A DNA stretch of 63,876 bases, filler included, from Rhabdomonas costata (lineage: Eukaryota): assembly GCA_019059605.1 (NCBI GenBank). It is 56 parts of 56 records of this genome, joined end to end, with 100 filler letters (N's around TTAATTAATTAA, not from the genome) between each part and the next. Parts side by side here need not be neighbours in the genome. Positions count along the whole stretch, not along the records: positions 11,426 to 12,468 come from JAHMHO010031747.1; positions 12,569 to 13,611 come from JAHMHO010031748.1; positions 13,712 to 14,754 come from JAHMHO010031749.1; positions 14,855 to 15,897 come from JAHMHO010031750.1; positions 15,998 to 17,040 come from JAHMHO010031751.1; positions 17,141 to 18,183 come from JAHMHO010031752.1; positions 18,284 to 19,326 come from JAHMHO010031753.1; positions 19,427 to 20,469 come from JAHMHO010031754.1; 48 more parts are not named here. One strand, 5' to 3'. Positions within the stretch are counted from its first letter, which is position 1, and every line of letters starts with the position of its first letter. The notes under the pieces were generated by a model. The model had not been told where the DNA came from. It did no database searches and saw nothing but the letters and a program-made list of their open reading frames with translations. Positions 12,461 through 24,733 of this stretch are shown piece by piece. The position numbers and the translations under genes are program-made.

Positions 12461-13968
12461 CCAAACAANNNNNNNNNNNNNNNNNNNNNNNNNNNNNNNN
12501 NNNNNNNNNNNNTTAATTAATTAANNNNNNNNNNNNNNNNNNNNNNNNNNNNNNNNNNNNNNNNNNNNGTTGTTGGGTAGGAATGTTTTGTGAGCGCCGG
12601 CGGCAGGGACATTCATTATGGTTGACGGGGGCTGAACAGCGTCCTTACACAGCGGGAGAGTGGATGGAGCAGTGGCATGGGACCATATTGGTTTTGCAAC
12701 AAGGTCAGAGAGATAGCGGCTGTCGAGGGCGATCCATTTTCCACGGCAACTTTTTTTTTGCGCTTCTCTCTGCTTGAGGCAGAGCAAAAGTCGGACCCTC
12801 GATTTTGTGGTAGCTGTGTGGTAGAACGGTAATACCTGCGGTACCTGGATGCAACGCTGTCCTTTGCTCTGTACAGGTTTTCGGGCCTCCGCCTTCAACT
12901 TCCGCTGCGGCCCCCGGCTTGATCGAGATCCACCCACCCAGCGAGGAAAGGGACTTTGTCCGAAGATGACATTGGCGGGGTTTTGCCGAACCATGAGCTC
13001 TCCCGTGTTTTCACACGTACTTTACACCATTTGGTGCCGACGTTAGCTGTGCATTAGAGTGCGTATCCACCAGTCGTGGCGTGCTTGTGTGTGAGATGTT
13101 TGTTGGTGTTTTTCTATAAGCGACTGTGGGCTGAAGGTGGGCGGCTCGTCCCGTGCTCCCCCCGCTTGCCCCCTCTGTGCGGCTCAGGGGGTGCCGGGAA
13201 GGGCTTGCTCCTGTAAAAACAGTGTACAGTGTACAGCAGGTGTGCCGGCTTCCTTTTGTTCCGTTTGAAGTGCTCTCTTCACCTTCGTGAAGGGGAAGGG
13301 AGCTTTGGCCGATTGAAAAGTATGTAAACGGAGCTAAATGGTAGGATCACGGTTCAGTCAACTGCGGCCGTTTGACGAAAAACCTTTGTATTAGGGATTT
13401 TATGAAATTTGTCAAAATGAACGTGATGGCAACCCCAGTTTCACAACGACTGTTTGACTATCGTCGAAACGTCTATTCTGACATTGACCGGGATAGATTT
13501 ACCAGGCAGGGGCTATACTCGACCAATTTCGCATTTCTGACATTGCTCTGTTGTGTATCTCTAAGTGCTCTACTCCTTTGTTCTTTTCTTAACTTTTCCA
13601 CCCACACCCACNNNNNNNNNNNNNNNNNNNNNNNNNNNNNNNNNNNNNNNNNNNNTTAATTAATTAANNNNNNNNNNNNNNNNNNNNNNNNNNNNNNNNN
13701 NNNNNNNNNNNGGGGGGTGGGTCCGAACGCCTGAGCGGGAACAGGAGGGGAATCAGGAGGCTTGTCCACAGTGGGGTCCTCCATGGGCAGCGGGAGCCCC
13801 GTGTGGTGGCGCTGCGTCCTGGGTCAGGGGACACACGGAGGATGGTGTGAGCTCGAGAAAACGCGGAGGTGGAGGGTGTGCGTGTTCTGTCTGTGCATAT
13901 GAATGCCACTGTTCGTCATTCTGGAGGATCTTCCACCAACGCCCAAATATCAATGCCATGCCATGAAC

Positions 13969-14432
13969 TCAAGTCTGCTGGAGTGATGGCGCGGCAGTGA
14001 CATACGAGCAATGCCGGATCCCAACATAAACCATCAGCAGCAGGCAGGCCAGCAGGTACACCACCGTCACTATCACCCACCCCATCAGCCCGGTCAGCCA
14101 CGTCACCACCACCACGACCGCGGCCAGCAGCACCCAGTACAGCACGGTGTGTGCCTGCACCGTCCCAGGGTGAGCGGGGCCCCTGCGGTGCCCCTCTATA
14201 AGCCCTCGCAGGGGCACACACAGCCACGCCAGGATCAGGGCAAGGGCGCAGGCCAGGCACAGCAGCGTTAGCGCGGTCAAGCTGTAGATTACGGCAGACA
14301 TCAGGCGGCTGTTGGACATCCGGGCGGCATTGTGGGCGGCGATGCCCTCCAGCGCGGACTTCACTGTGGGGCTTATGGAGAGGGGAAGGGCAGGGGCGGC
14401 CAGGGCGCCCGAAGCAAGCGAGGTCACATGGA
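13969..14432 (-). CDS. Multi-pass membrane protein exon (about 3 TM segments), unknown family
   Basis: GC3-rich frame with long hydrophobic stretches; CCCGCAG acceptor upstream; the same frame resumes after TGA to 13753. Confidence 0.55.
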
Positions 14433-14854
14433 CTGCGGGCATTTGAAAAAGTGCGGTAGGCGAAAAAATGTGGAGGGGGAGAAATAAGAAAAAAAGATCT
14501 GTTCCGAGACAAGAGGGTCTTTTGGCTTGCGCCCCGGAAGAGACGTAGAAGAAATGACAAACGGCTCATACCATACTTGAAACCTTGAAATACGAGAACG
14601 GGTTTTTCGAGGAAAGTCGCATCGGATTGATGTAATCGAAGTTTTGGGAGGGAGGAAGACTACAACATGACGATCCAGTCAGAGAGATGAAAGAAGACGA
14701 AGGCAAAACAACAAAAACCTCAAGCAGGCAATGCCTCTCTATCACACCGTCGCGNNNNNNNNNNNNNNNNNNNNNNNNNNNNNNNNNNNNNNNNNNNNTT
14801 AATTAATTAANNNNNNNNNNNNNNNNNNNNNNNNNNNNNNNNNNNNNNNNNNNN

Positions 14855-15363
14855 TGCGCTCGCCAAGACTCTGCCCAGGCAACCGTGCACAAATTGCTGA
14901 GTGCCGTCACTCGAGAAGCTGCCACAGGTCCTGTGGAGGACCCCGATTACGTGCAGGTTGTCACCGCGGGTTTTTTTATGGAGGGGGGTACTTTTTGGCT
15001 TTGCTACTTGGCCTACATTTTGGTGCCCGGGTAAACGCTATGGATTGCGCCGTTCTGTGCGATTTAGTTTTACTGACTGTGCCTCCCAGAAAGCATTTTT
15101 CATTCGCTACGAATTGTGATTGCGATCACTGCGACGATATGCTGAACTTGGATGTTCTCAGGTTTTTCGCCAGGACGCTCCATCTCTATGGCTGCACCGA
15201 GAAATCTACGACGGGGTCAAGGTCTTCGCTGTTTGTGTCTCTCGGGGTGTCCGGAGGGTGCCAGAGCCCGCTTCGGAGCCGAACCAGGGGGACAATTCCC
15301 CGTGGACGACAGAAGTGTTGGAGCCCCTCTTTGGCCCCGCCGTGGTTCGTGTATGCACCGCAG
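14855..15363 (+). CDS. Two exons of an unknown protein (14855-14956, 15174-15363)
   Basis: Phase-0 GT-AG join ...EDPDYVQ|DAPSLWLHREIYDGVKVFAVCV...; CAG|GTGTGC donor. Confidence 0.5.
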
Positions 15364-15998
15364 GTGTGCCGATGACAAGTCACGTGGCAACGGTTTTCTG
15401 CGTTTTATCAAATGCCAGCTGTGTCGTTACCCAGCCATAGATGAGCAGATTTGTTTCTCATGCCGTGGAAACGTGCTTGGGTGCTGCTCTTCTGCTTCTC
15501 TGATTTTATTTTGCTTTTTCCAAATTCATGAATTGAGCCATTTTGGGATTTTGTTGCAGTTGAGTTCTGAAGAGGTTAGAGGAGGTTGACGGGGTCCGGG
15601 ACGGGCTTCATTCCCGTATAAACATTCTTCAAGAATTTCCCTCACCACATGGCGTGCAACAGACCACTTCGATATTACCCTGCGTTATTTCACACAATGG
15701 GATTCCAAAATGCGCATGTGCATTCTTTGACCTCAAGAAGAAGCAAGAGCGCTGTTCCTTTTCCGTCCGTGCAACGGACATGGGTCGTCGACCTGGGGAA
15801 GCATCCAGAGCAGAAAAGGCAAAAAGAGCCTCAGCCTTTTCCGTAGCCCCCGTTTTCCCCCCTGAGGTAACACATACCACTAAACACACTCAACACANNN
15901 NNNNNNNNNNNNNNNNNNNNNNNNNNNNNNNNNNNNNNNNNTTAATTAATTAANNNNNNNNNNNNNNNNNNNNNNNNNNNNNNNNNNNNNNNNNNNNG

Positions 15999-16160
15999 GC
16001 AGATCACACGGTGCAGGCACTGCAGCAGGGCCAAAGCCTCGTCTTCGCCGCTCTGGTCCTCCAGCCAGCACAACATGATGTCCAGAAGCATGCGGTGGAA
16101 GCACTCCACAGAGATCCCCGCAGAGGAGGAGCTCTGCATGGGATCAGGGATGACCTCGTC
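15999..16160 (-). CDS. Exon, unknown helical protein
   Basis: CTGCAG acceptor, then DEVIPDPMQ...ECFHRMLLDIMLCWLEDQSGEDEALALLQCLHRVIC; GC3-rich. Confidence 0.55.
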
Positions 16161-17674
16161 CTGCAGAGTCACAGGGTATGTATATGTTGGTAAGTAAACC
16201 ACCTCGTGCAGTGCGGTGGCACAGCACGGAGGGAGTCCCGGCGCTGAAGATGGGAGAAGCGAGCAAATATATCGTACAATGAGGTTTGCCATCGGCGGGA
16301 CATGATTCTTGCCTGACTGCAGACTTCCGTTGGTGGGCGTGGGTTTCTCAGTATTCCAGCTGGAACAAAACGAAATCGGTGTCGCACACACACTTTGTGA
16401 GCGATGTGAGCGATGAGGAGAGTGGGGGAGGGACACTCTACTTCCAACAAAAAAATACCAGAGTCGCAAGGGAAGACAAACCTCTTGCATGTCCAGGACA
16501 ACCATGGCTTCCGCAAGGCCAACCGTGTTGACGCCCAAAGCTTCCAGCATAAAGTGCCTGCACCAAGACCCAAAAAAAGAAAAAGCGGAGCCCGGAGTCC
16601 GCGAAAAAAAGCCACACCGTACCGTCCACACCAGCACCTCCTAATTAGAATCCGGCGACCATTCCAAATGCAACGAAAATCTCAACGTTTCATGTTAGCG
16701 GACGCCTCCACCGTGTGAGAGGGCTAAGCCGAAGCAGGCCTGGGGTCTTTTGTATACACAACAGGCCTCCCGAAACGCTGCGTGGCCCGTCCTTGGGGCC
16801 AGAATTCTCTGAACTTTCACCCTCGGCCGGCTGTGGTGCCCTTGGGCGGCTCTCTGGTATCCCTTTTGTGCCGCTTCTTGCCCCACGCAGCGGAGGGTTT
16901 ACGACAGCACACACAACATATTTACATAAACAAACCCACTCCTAACGGGGCCAGGCAACTGGCTCTTGGCCGCCTGAAGCCCACAACCATCACTGTATTG
17001 CTCGTCGGGCGGATGCCTTTGATGATCGCAATTCACACACNNNNNNNNNNNNNNNNNNNNNNNNNNNNNNNNNNNNNNNNNNNNTTAATTAATTAANNNN
17101 NNNNNNNNNNNNNNNNNNNNNNNNNNNNNNNNNNNNNNNNTTTGTTGGTGTATGATGCCGCTGCACCGCCCACGGCGGCGTCAGCACCGGTGACGACAGA
17201 GGAGACGGCGCCAAACTCACCATAGCGGGGCAAAGCCTGGCCTCCTTCAGGGTGCTGCGTAGAGCAGAGTTGAGAGCCGAGGTTGGACCCAACGCCTTCT
17301 CCCACGCCTTCTCGTCTTGTTTGTTGTTCGTAAACTGATGAAACGGTTCCTCTACCAGCGCTATAGCCTCAGTAGAATATCAATCTTGCCTCTTGCTACT
17401 TCCTCCATTCCTTGGCATTCCTTGGCAGAACAGTGCAAAATATAGGTAACTGCTCGACCACACCCATGCGCAAAGGACTTATCAAATATCACGTCTTTTC
17501 ATGTCTCGTAAAGAATCACTAAAAGCGCAGAAGGGTAACTCATGTTCCTTGTTCTCCTTAATATCTGTAAAAATACTATGCCTCTACGGCACTCTGTTTG
17601 CCGCCCTCTACTTTCAACGACAAACAAAAAACACGCACCCCAGTCTGCTGCACTTGCATTGCCAGGCTAACCAC

Positions 17675-17755
17675 CCCAGCGAGGGCGGGGGGCTGGGTGC
17701 CCTTCCGGGGGCAGTTCCGAGAGATGTGCCCGGGCTGCCCACACTGGTGGCAAAC
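17675..17755 (-). CDS. CCHC zinc-knuckle exon (CX2CX4HX4C)
   Basis: VCHQCGQPGHISRNCPRK after a GCGCAG acceptor. Confidence 0.8.
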
Positions 17756-20700
17756 CTGCGCACGCGAAACCATCAAAAAGATGATGGTGCAAAACTCTGA
17801 TGCAAGTTTTCCATGATGTAGCGAAAAATTTCGGGTAGTGGTATCCGCACCAATCACCCATTAGCTTCGTTTCTCCTGGGAGCGGCTCCGATACGGGTCT
17901 CGATCAATCAATAGGAGTAACTCAGGTGCAAACCCTGAAGAAGTCGAAGCACTGCCAGAAACAATCTGCTGCGACAATATAAAGCAAAGGTCGAAAGTTA
18001 GGCCACCTGTACCAGGAAATTGAGAACGAAGCCTAGCATTCCGAACAAAAGTCAACTTACACTCTTTTTCTGCCACTGGTCTCAAAATTGTTGTGTACGT
18101 GGAGATGAGTGAAGCCCGCTTTGCGCGCCGAAGAAGCGGCAAATTTTTTTTGGGAGTAAATCTCCGGTCGTACACACCAACACNNNNNNNNNNNNNNNNN
18201 NNNNNNNNNNNNNNNNNNNNNNNNNNNTTAATTAATTAANNNNNNNNNNNNNNNNNNNNNNNNNNNNNNNNNNNNNNNNNNNNGTGTTGGGTGTGGTTGG
18301 GGGTTTGTGGGCCGGGTTATCGCCGCGATAGGGGGAGCATCTGTTGCCGCCCAGGACTCGCAGAAGAAGTTGCACCCCCCTGTTCCAAAGGGAAGGAAAG
18401 TCAATGCTGGACGAGGCAGAGTAAACTGAATGCACTGAAGGGCGCCAGCTGCGAATCGGTAAGGGTTGAGCATACCAAGCAGTAATAATTGGTAAGTAGC
18501 CAAATACTGACTACTGAACCACTGACTACTGAAATGCTAGAATTCAGTTTTGGGCATATTTGAAGAGGCACTGCTTTTTAGTTGTGCACCGTGTATTGTT
18601 ACTTGGAAAGACTTCAAGTTTGGTTCCCTAACGGTTCTGAGCGAAACGTTCTTTTTTGCCGCAGCGGTTTCAGGTCGGCTGATCTCTTTCGCGAACCAGA
18701 GGAAAGCAAATTGGGAGTTTTCGGTGTGTGAAGTTCACGCTCACATCATGAGAGGCAGGCAAGGGGACCAGGTGTATTTGCGCTAACCTGGGTACCCGGT
18801 TCAGCTTGTCTTAGTCTCTGTTGCTGCCACACACACACCATTTCCATACTATACCATACCGTTTCATTCCATGAGACGCCATGCCATTGCGCAGACCTTT
18901 TGAAGCGGACATTTCCCCTGGCAACTCCCCTGCATTTGCTGCGCACTACTATCTTCGACCCCTGCATCGGTTCACAAAGACTGAGTAGTGTTTTTGTGGT
19001 CTTTTTGTAAGTAACCCGGAGATGCACACCATTCGCGTTGCAGGAAATTTTGCTGACCGGCTGCTGGGTGCATCACCTGATATTCTTGTCATTATTTTGG
19101 GTGGAGGAGCCTGCAGCTTCCCCCCCCCTCCCCCATCACATTGCTGTTTTGTGTCTGCGTGTGAAAAACACGATGCTAATCTCTTTTTGGTTGCAATTGC
19201 GGGTCTGTGTTTTACTTTTTCCTTAGACGCCGCACTCTTTTTCCACTTCTAGTTGCCCCATTCCGATTCCTTCCCTTCCTTGCTCTGTGAACCAGGCCGG
19301 GAGGTCAACGATACAAACACACAAACNNNNNNNNNNNNNNNNNNNNNNNNNNNNNNNNNNNNNNNNNNNNTTAATTAATTAANNNNNNNNNNNNNNNNNN
19401 NNNNNNNNNNNNNNNNNNNNNNNNNNGGGGGGAACATTGGGAAATGTCACATCATAAATTCAGCTTTGAAAATTATTGGGTGCCACTTTTTTGTTTGTCT
19501 ACGGTAAAGGGCAAAGGAAATTATATTGTCGCGCAATCGTCGTATTTTGTTGGAAACCCAGGAAAAATAACAAGTGTAGTAAAAATTGGTCAATAAAGCC
19601 TTCGCCATATTGACGTCTCCGGGAAAACATCCGGACCAAGAATCCCAGGCACATAAAACACAAGAATAAAAAAGCAATGACGACTAGAAGCAATTGGCTT
19701 CAATACATTGTGGAGGAAAAGTGTGGTGCAAAATTTTATGGCGCTAAGCAAAATTGTTTAATTATGATTAATTAAATTTATTGTCGTTTGATTTGCCCGA
19801 TTTTTTAGGGAAAGAATTTAAAGGCACTCCGGAACGGCACAAACGGGGCTTTTGCGCAGCACGCTCTTTACTGAGAGGGCGGCTTGGTAGCAGCGGGCCG
19901 GCAGAAGACCATTTTTGGGTAACCGCCACAAAAATAAGGCACGTTGGGGCACCGGCGCTTTCTGGTTAAATATCTTGATACACATCTACCAAAACAAGGG
20001 CGAGATGTACAAACCACCGGGCGGAAAACCCAGCCCGGTGCCCGGTGCGGATCAACCTGTTGCATGCAGGGTATTATTGGGACTGCGGACAGTGGACTGC
20101 GGAATGTCCCGAGTTGCGCCATTAAACAATGGAAATAACCCCCCAAGGATGAATCCAGGCAAACTCTACAAGAACGGGCAATGCCACCTCCACCACCTCA
20201 GCTGGCGGGAAAAAAATTAGCCCAGCCGTTTCCCCTTCAAGAGCGTATTTCAAGAGCCTACAAAACGAAGGCTATAGGGACGTGCTACCCCCGGGTATAG
20301 TTCATCATGAACTTTGGGCCACACAACCGCATTATCATAAGCAAACAAGGCGATGAAGCATATGGCAACGTCGCACAAAAAGAGTGGCGCGTGACCCATC
20401 CTGCGCGTCATTTCCCCTTCCATTACCAGCGGTGTAAGTCACACATTCAGCCACTAGAAAACCCAAACANNNNNNNNNNNNNNNNNNNNNNNNNNNNNNN
20501 NNNNNNNNNNNNNTTAATTAATTAANNNNNNNNNNNNNNNNNNNNNNNNNNNNNNNNNNNNNNNNNNNNAAATGCAAAATGCTCCTTTTTTGGGTGGCGC
20601 CCGTTTGGGCATCTCGCCTCAATCCTGTCGTCTTCTCTTTCGCCATTGGGGAGCTGGCTCTGTCTCTGTGTTCTCACGAACCTGTGTTCGGCACCTCGTG

Positions 20701-21053
20701 AGGTGTCTGGGAGAGAGCGGTGTCCGGTGGAACGTTGGGGCCTGGTCTTTTCCGGAGTGTTTGCATTGCTCGGAGTGTGCTGTACGTGCGGGGCTTTGGC
20801 CTCAGCACCGTCCCCCTTTTGCTCCTCGGACCAGGAGCGCGAGTTCGAGCCGTATTCCCCGTTGCGTGTGTTTGGGTGAGTTGCGTGCCTGTCAGTGGTG
20901 GCGTGGTGTCTTTACCAGCCTGGTGGAGGTGTGGTGGTGCTCGTGACCGCCCGAGTGATGCACAGGGGTGCGTGTGCCGCCGCGTGGTTCTTTGCACTTC
21001 TTCCCCGCATTCTATGGTGGGAGTGAAGTGGGCGTGCCAAATGCACGGGACAC

Positions 21054-21300
21054 AAGCCTGGGACACATGGGGCAGGCGGAGGGACTTGGCCTGTTGTCTA
21101 ATAAGGCACCCCACGAATGACAACCCTGCTATAGGACCCTCCGTACGAGTACCCAGGCTGCACGCGTCTAAGGTGAGGGGCAGCTTTTCTTTCCCTCATC
21201 GCTCTCCTTCAAGTGTGTATGTCTTTCTTTTCCTACTTCCCCACAAACCTGAACAAACGCCAACAAACAGACACAACTGTCCCTAGGTCAAAAAAGAAAA
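21054..21300 (+). mobile_element. SINE-like family B, most complete copy, antisense in the intron of the WD40 gene
   Basis: AAGCCTGGGACAC..GGAGGG.CTTGGCCTGTTGTC..GACAAC..GGACCCTCCGT.CGAG.ACCCAGGCTG..AAAAAAGAAAA tail. Confidence 0.8.
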
Positions 21301-21304
21301 TTAC

Positions 21305-21515
21305 CCGCTGATCTTGTCGACTTTTGCCTTGGGCTCGAGGGAAGGCTGAAGAAGAACAACTTCCCCGCTGAGGTCCGCTGACACAACCATGGGCTGGGAG
21401 TTTACCTGCCCACTGCAGATGTCGGTGATTGACTCATGGTGGTGCTTCAGCATTCGCAGCTGCCGCGCACCTTCCTTGGTCGTTGCAATGACTGCAATCG
21501 TGCCAGTGGACAACC
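21305..21515 (-). CDS. WD40-repeat exon, WDR54-like
   Basis: GLSTGTIAV...LKHHHESITDICS...MVVSADLSGEVVL; CAG acceptor and GTAATT donor. Confidence 0.65.
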
Positions 21516-21711
21516 CTGAATGTGAAGGTTCACCAAAAAGCCCCTCGGTGGGGTGGTGGTGGTGGTGGTGGGATTTACTTCCATTTACTTTCTTTTAAAA
21601 CAAGAACAAACCNNNNNNNNNNNNNNNNNNNNNNNNNNNNNNNNNNNNNNNNNNNNTTAATTAATTAANNNNNNNNNNNNNNNNNNNNNNNNNNNNNNNN
21701 NNNNNNNNNNN

Positions 21712-21883
21712 NGGGGGGGTGGAGGAGGGGATAGCGCCAGTGCGCAGGAACCTAACTCTGCAGCCATTGCGCAGGCCACAGTCCAGCCCATGCACGTGTT
21801 GATGACGTAGGTAAACCCAAGCAGCACACCGGTGAAAAAGGCGAGGATAATTACCGCAGCAATCTGCACGCGCGCCAGACCCA
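21712..21883 (-). CDS. Possible N-terminal signal-anchor exon
   Basis: MGLARVQIAAVIILAFFTGVLLGFTYVINT hydrophobic segment. Confidence 0.35.
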
Positions 21884-23194
21884 TCGCAAACCCACGCCGA
21901 CACAGCCGCTGCACCTCCACTCATCCCAGGAAACTAGCACAAAAGTTGTGAACGAGCAGCGAGCGACCAGGATGTCTGCGACAACAGTAAGGCGTGAAAA
22001 GGCCCCCTACACTAAAGCAAAGTCATTTCGAGGGGCGCTGGCATGTTTCAGGTGATCATTTTCAGATATAATTAACAAAAGTTATCAAACGTTTCCAAAG
22101 GTAACTGCTACCACTGGTGACGGTTTCCACTCCTCCCCCTCTTCAACCTTAATTGGGCCCACTGCGTCAGCAGAGACGGGGAAATGATACTGGGGGAGGA
22201 TGTCCGTATAATAATGGGGAATTATGACGATTACACCCTCCGCTGTGCTCCGCGGCCCAAGATCCTATACGTTTACGGGGGAAAAATGATTAAGCGAGAA
22301 ACGAGATGAACTCGCATTTCTTCTCCGCCATCAACAATGGGTTATTGTAACCATCTGTTATAATATCATTCATTTATACTCTGATATCATTGTACCATAA
22401 TATCATCCTATGGTGCTATAGTGCAACGCATAACACCACTATAGCATAATGATTAGTAAAATACCATCGTTCTGGGCTCAGGATACGCATCTCGGGTTCA
22501 TCACATCAGCATCAACATCACCTGGCTCACCACCAACATCTTCACTCAACTCTCACTCATCATTCGCTCCACCACCACACTACAGTGCTCACGCTCACTC
22601 AATTCTCAACTCAGTATGTGACGTCCGCCTCGGCGGCCCCACTTTGGTACAACTCCCTGAGGTTGGGTTCAGTCTTTGCATCGGGTGGGCTCGATCGAGG
22701 CATCCTCAGAATTATAGCATAATGATTTTAATACCGCATGATACGCCCACCCCACNNNNNNNNNNNNNNNNNNNNNNNNNNNNNNNNNNNNNNNNNNNNT
22801 TAATTAATTAANNNNNNNNNNNNNNNNNNNNNNNNNNNNNNNNNNNNNNNNNNNNTGTGTGTGGTGGCCCGGAGGTCAGCAGCAGCGGAAAGGCGTGTGT
22901 GCATGTGTGTGTGTGCATGTTTGCTTGCGCGCTGGCTGCTGCTGCCTGACTGGTTGTTCGAGACCGCTGTGAACTGACGGGCGATCTTGGCCACACGTAT
23001 GTTTACGAGAGCGAGGGATACCGGCTCACCGCCGAGCGTTTCACATCCGGAAACCAGCAGCGGCAAGGTATGACTCCGTGTAAGGCAAGGGCCCTGTCTG
23101 CCCCTGTCAGGTTCAGCGCATGTCAGAGTGTGAAGGGCGATTTAAGGTGGGTTGTATTTCGCGCACTGAGAAAAGAGAGCAAAGCGGGATGACC

Positions 23195-23716
23195 ATAATG
23201 TCGCAGTTCAGGACCGACTCGTTCTCCAGCAGCACGGGGCAGTTGGTAAACGGGAACTGCAGGGACACCGACGCGTCGTTCGCGGACACCTCCAAGTACA
23301 CTGTGACAACCCCCCCGCCCCCGGCCAATTGCTGGAGAAAATCCAATCACAACGAAAAGCGCACCCAGGGGGCGTTGTGCGCGAAAGAGGTCGAACTGGT
23401 AAGAATACCACGCTACATCACACTCTTACAGAAACCACAAACACCTGAAACACAAAGACAGGGGCTCCCCTCCCACACCATTCTTCTCCAGGTCTGCTTC
23501 GGTGCCTGTGGCAAAAAGGTTCTCCTCGTTGGCGCTGAGGTAGACCTGCACGCCCTGCGAGAAGTGCATGCTGAAGTGCAGCACCATGGGGCTCCAGTAC
23601 ATCAGGAAGTTCTCGAAGGTCTCCACGCGGGGCTCGTTGAGGTACATCTGCGGCACATGGCCCCAGTCGTAGATCAGGTCCCCAATCAGATCCCAGTGGT
23701 CGCCCAGCAGGAAAAT
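23195..23716 (-). CDS. BLTP1/KIAA1109/Csf1-like bridge lipid-transfer protein, two exons (~23477-23716, 23195-23331)
   Basis: IFLLGDHWDLIGDLIYDW...VQVYLSANEENLF...DLEKN resembles the Csf1/BLTP1 segment L..DH..L..DL..DW...LYLN.N..N; GT-AG boundaries. Confidence 0.55.
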
Positions 23717-24003
23717 CTACGAGGTGCAAACGCACAAGAAGCAATGAATGAAAGCCCCACACCAATATCTGCAGTACCTTCAAGACATCACTGGTACCGA
23801 GGAGCCGTATACAACCAAGCCGAAATGCGGACAAGAAGAAATGAAAGAAGGCCCCACACCAACATCAGCAAACCTCCCAAGACATCCTCCACAACAAANN
23901 NNNNNNNNNNNNNNNNNNNNNNNNNNNNNNNNNNNNNNNNNNTTAATTAATTAANNNNNNNNNNNNNNNNNNNNNNNNNNNNNNNNNNNNNNNNNNNNGG
24001 CAG

Positions 24004-24733
24004 GTGCCTCCTCCGCCCAAGGCGCTGCTGAGGTGGGCCCACCGGCGGGCCGTGGCGGAGATTGTGGTGGCCTACTGGAGGCGCTGGGCGCAGGCCCGCG
24101 CCAGCGCTCTGCGGCAGCTTCAGGAGAGGACGAACCAAAGGCTGCGACGCCATGCCCTGCTGCACTGGAGGTCGCGGGCAGTTCCAGAAAAGGAGAAAAT
24201 AGTCTCTGTTCACTGTTCGGTTTAATTTCTTTTCATTCCGCAGGTAATGGTGGGGACATGGGTGGTGATGCACCCCTTTGTTTTTATTTTCTTGTCTCCT
24301 ATTTGTGTTTTGTGTTGCTTTGCACTGGGCCGGGCGGTGAACTCAGTGCATAATGCACAATTTTAATTTCCTGTGGTCTCACAGAAAATCAAAAAATATT
24401 AGGGGGCATCTATGGCCGGGCTGAACAGGCGCTTCAGGTTTTATCTGTTGAGAATTGAAAGCACCTAACCTAACTACCTAACTATATACCTAACTATGCT
24501 GTGTGGCCTGACTTCGTGGGGAATTTTGGTCAGGATTTTGCTTGAATGGGGATGCCAGTAACGTTGGCTCTGTTTGTTGCAACGTCTCTCGGTTGCAGGC
24601 TTCGCACTGCGCTGGGTGTAGCTCTTCGAGAAGGGCTTGGGCTGCACCTGGCCGTTGCGTCAGAGAGCTGGGAGCTGAGGCGGACCCTCCTCCACGGATG
24701 GGTTTCCTGGCGAACGCGGTGGTTGCAGACCAG
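24004..24733 (+). CDS. Sfi1-like Trp/Arg helical repeat protein, two exons (24004-24170, 24599-24733)
   Basis: Phase-2 join ...AYWRRWAQ...LRRHALLHWR|LRTALG...LRRTLLHGWVSWRTRW; periodic Trp as in Sfi1 repeats. Confidence 0.5.

Noticed and set aside
17333-17360. CTGATGA hammerhead-core-like motifs (also near 28134, 33160, 53019, 56959)
   Set aside because: No correctly placed stem II plus GAAA and flanking stems.
23120-23950. 276-aa plus-strand ORF
   Set aside because: Antisense shadow of the GC3-rich BLTP1-like exons.
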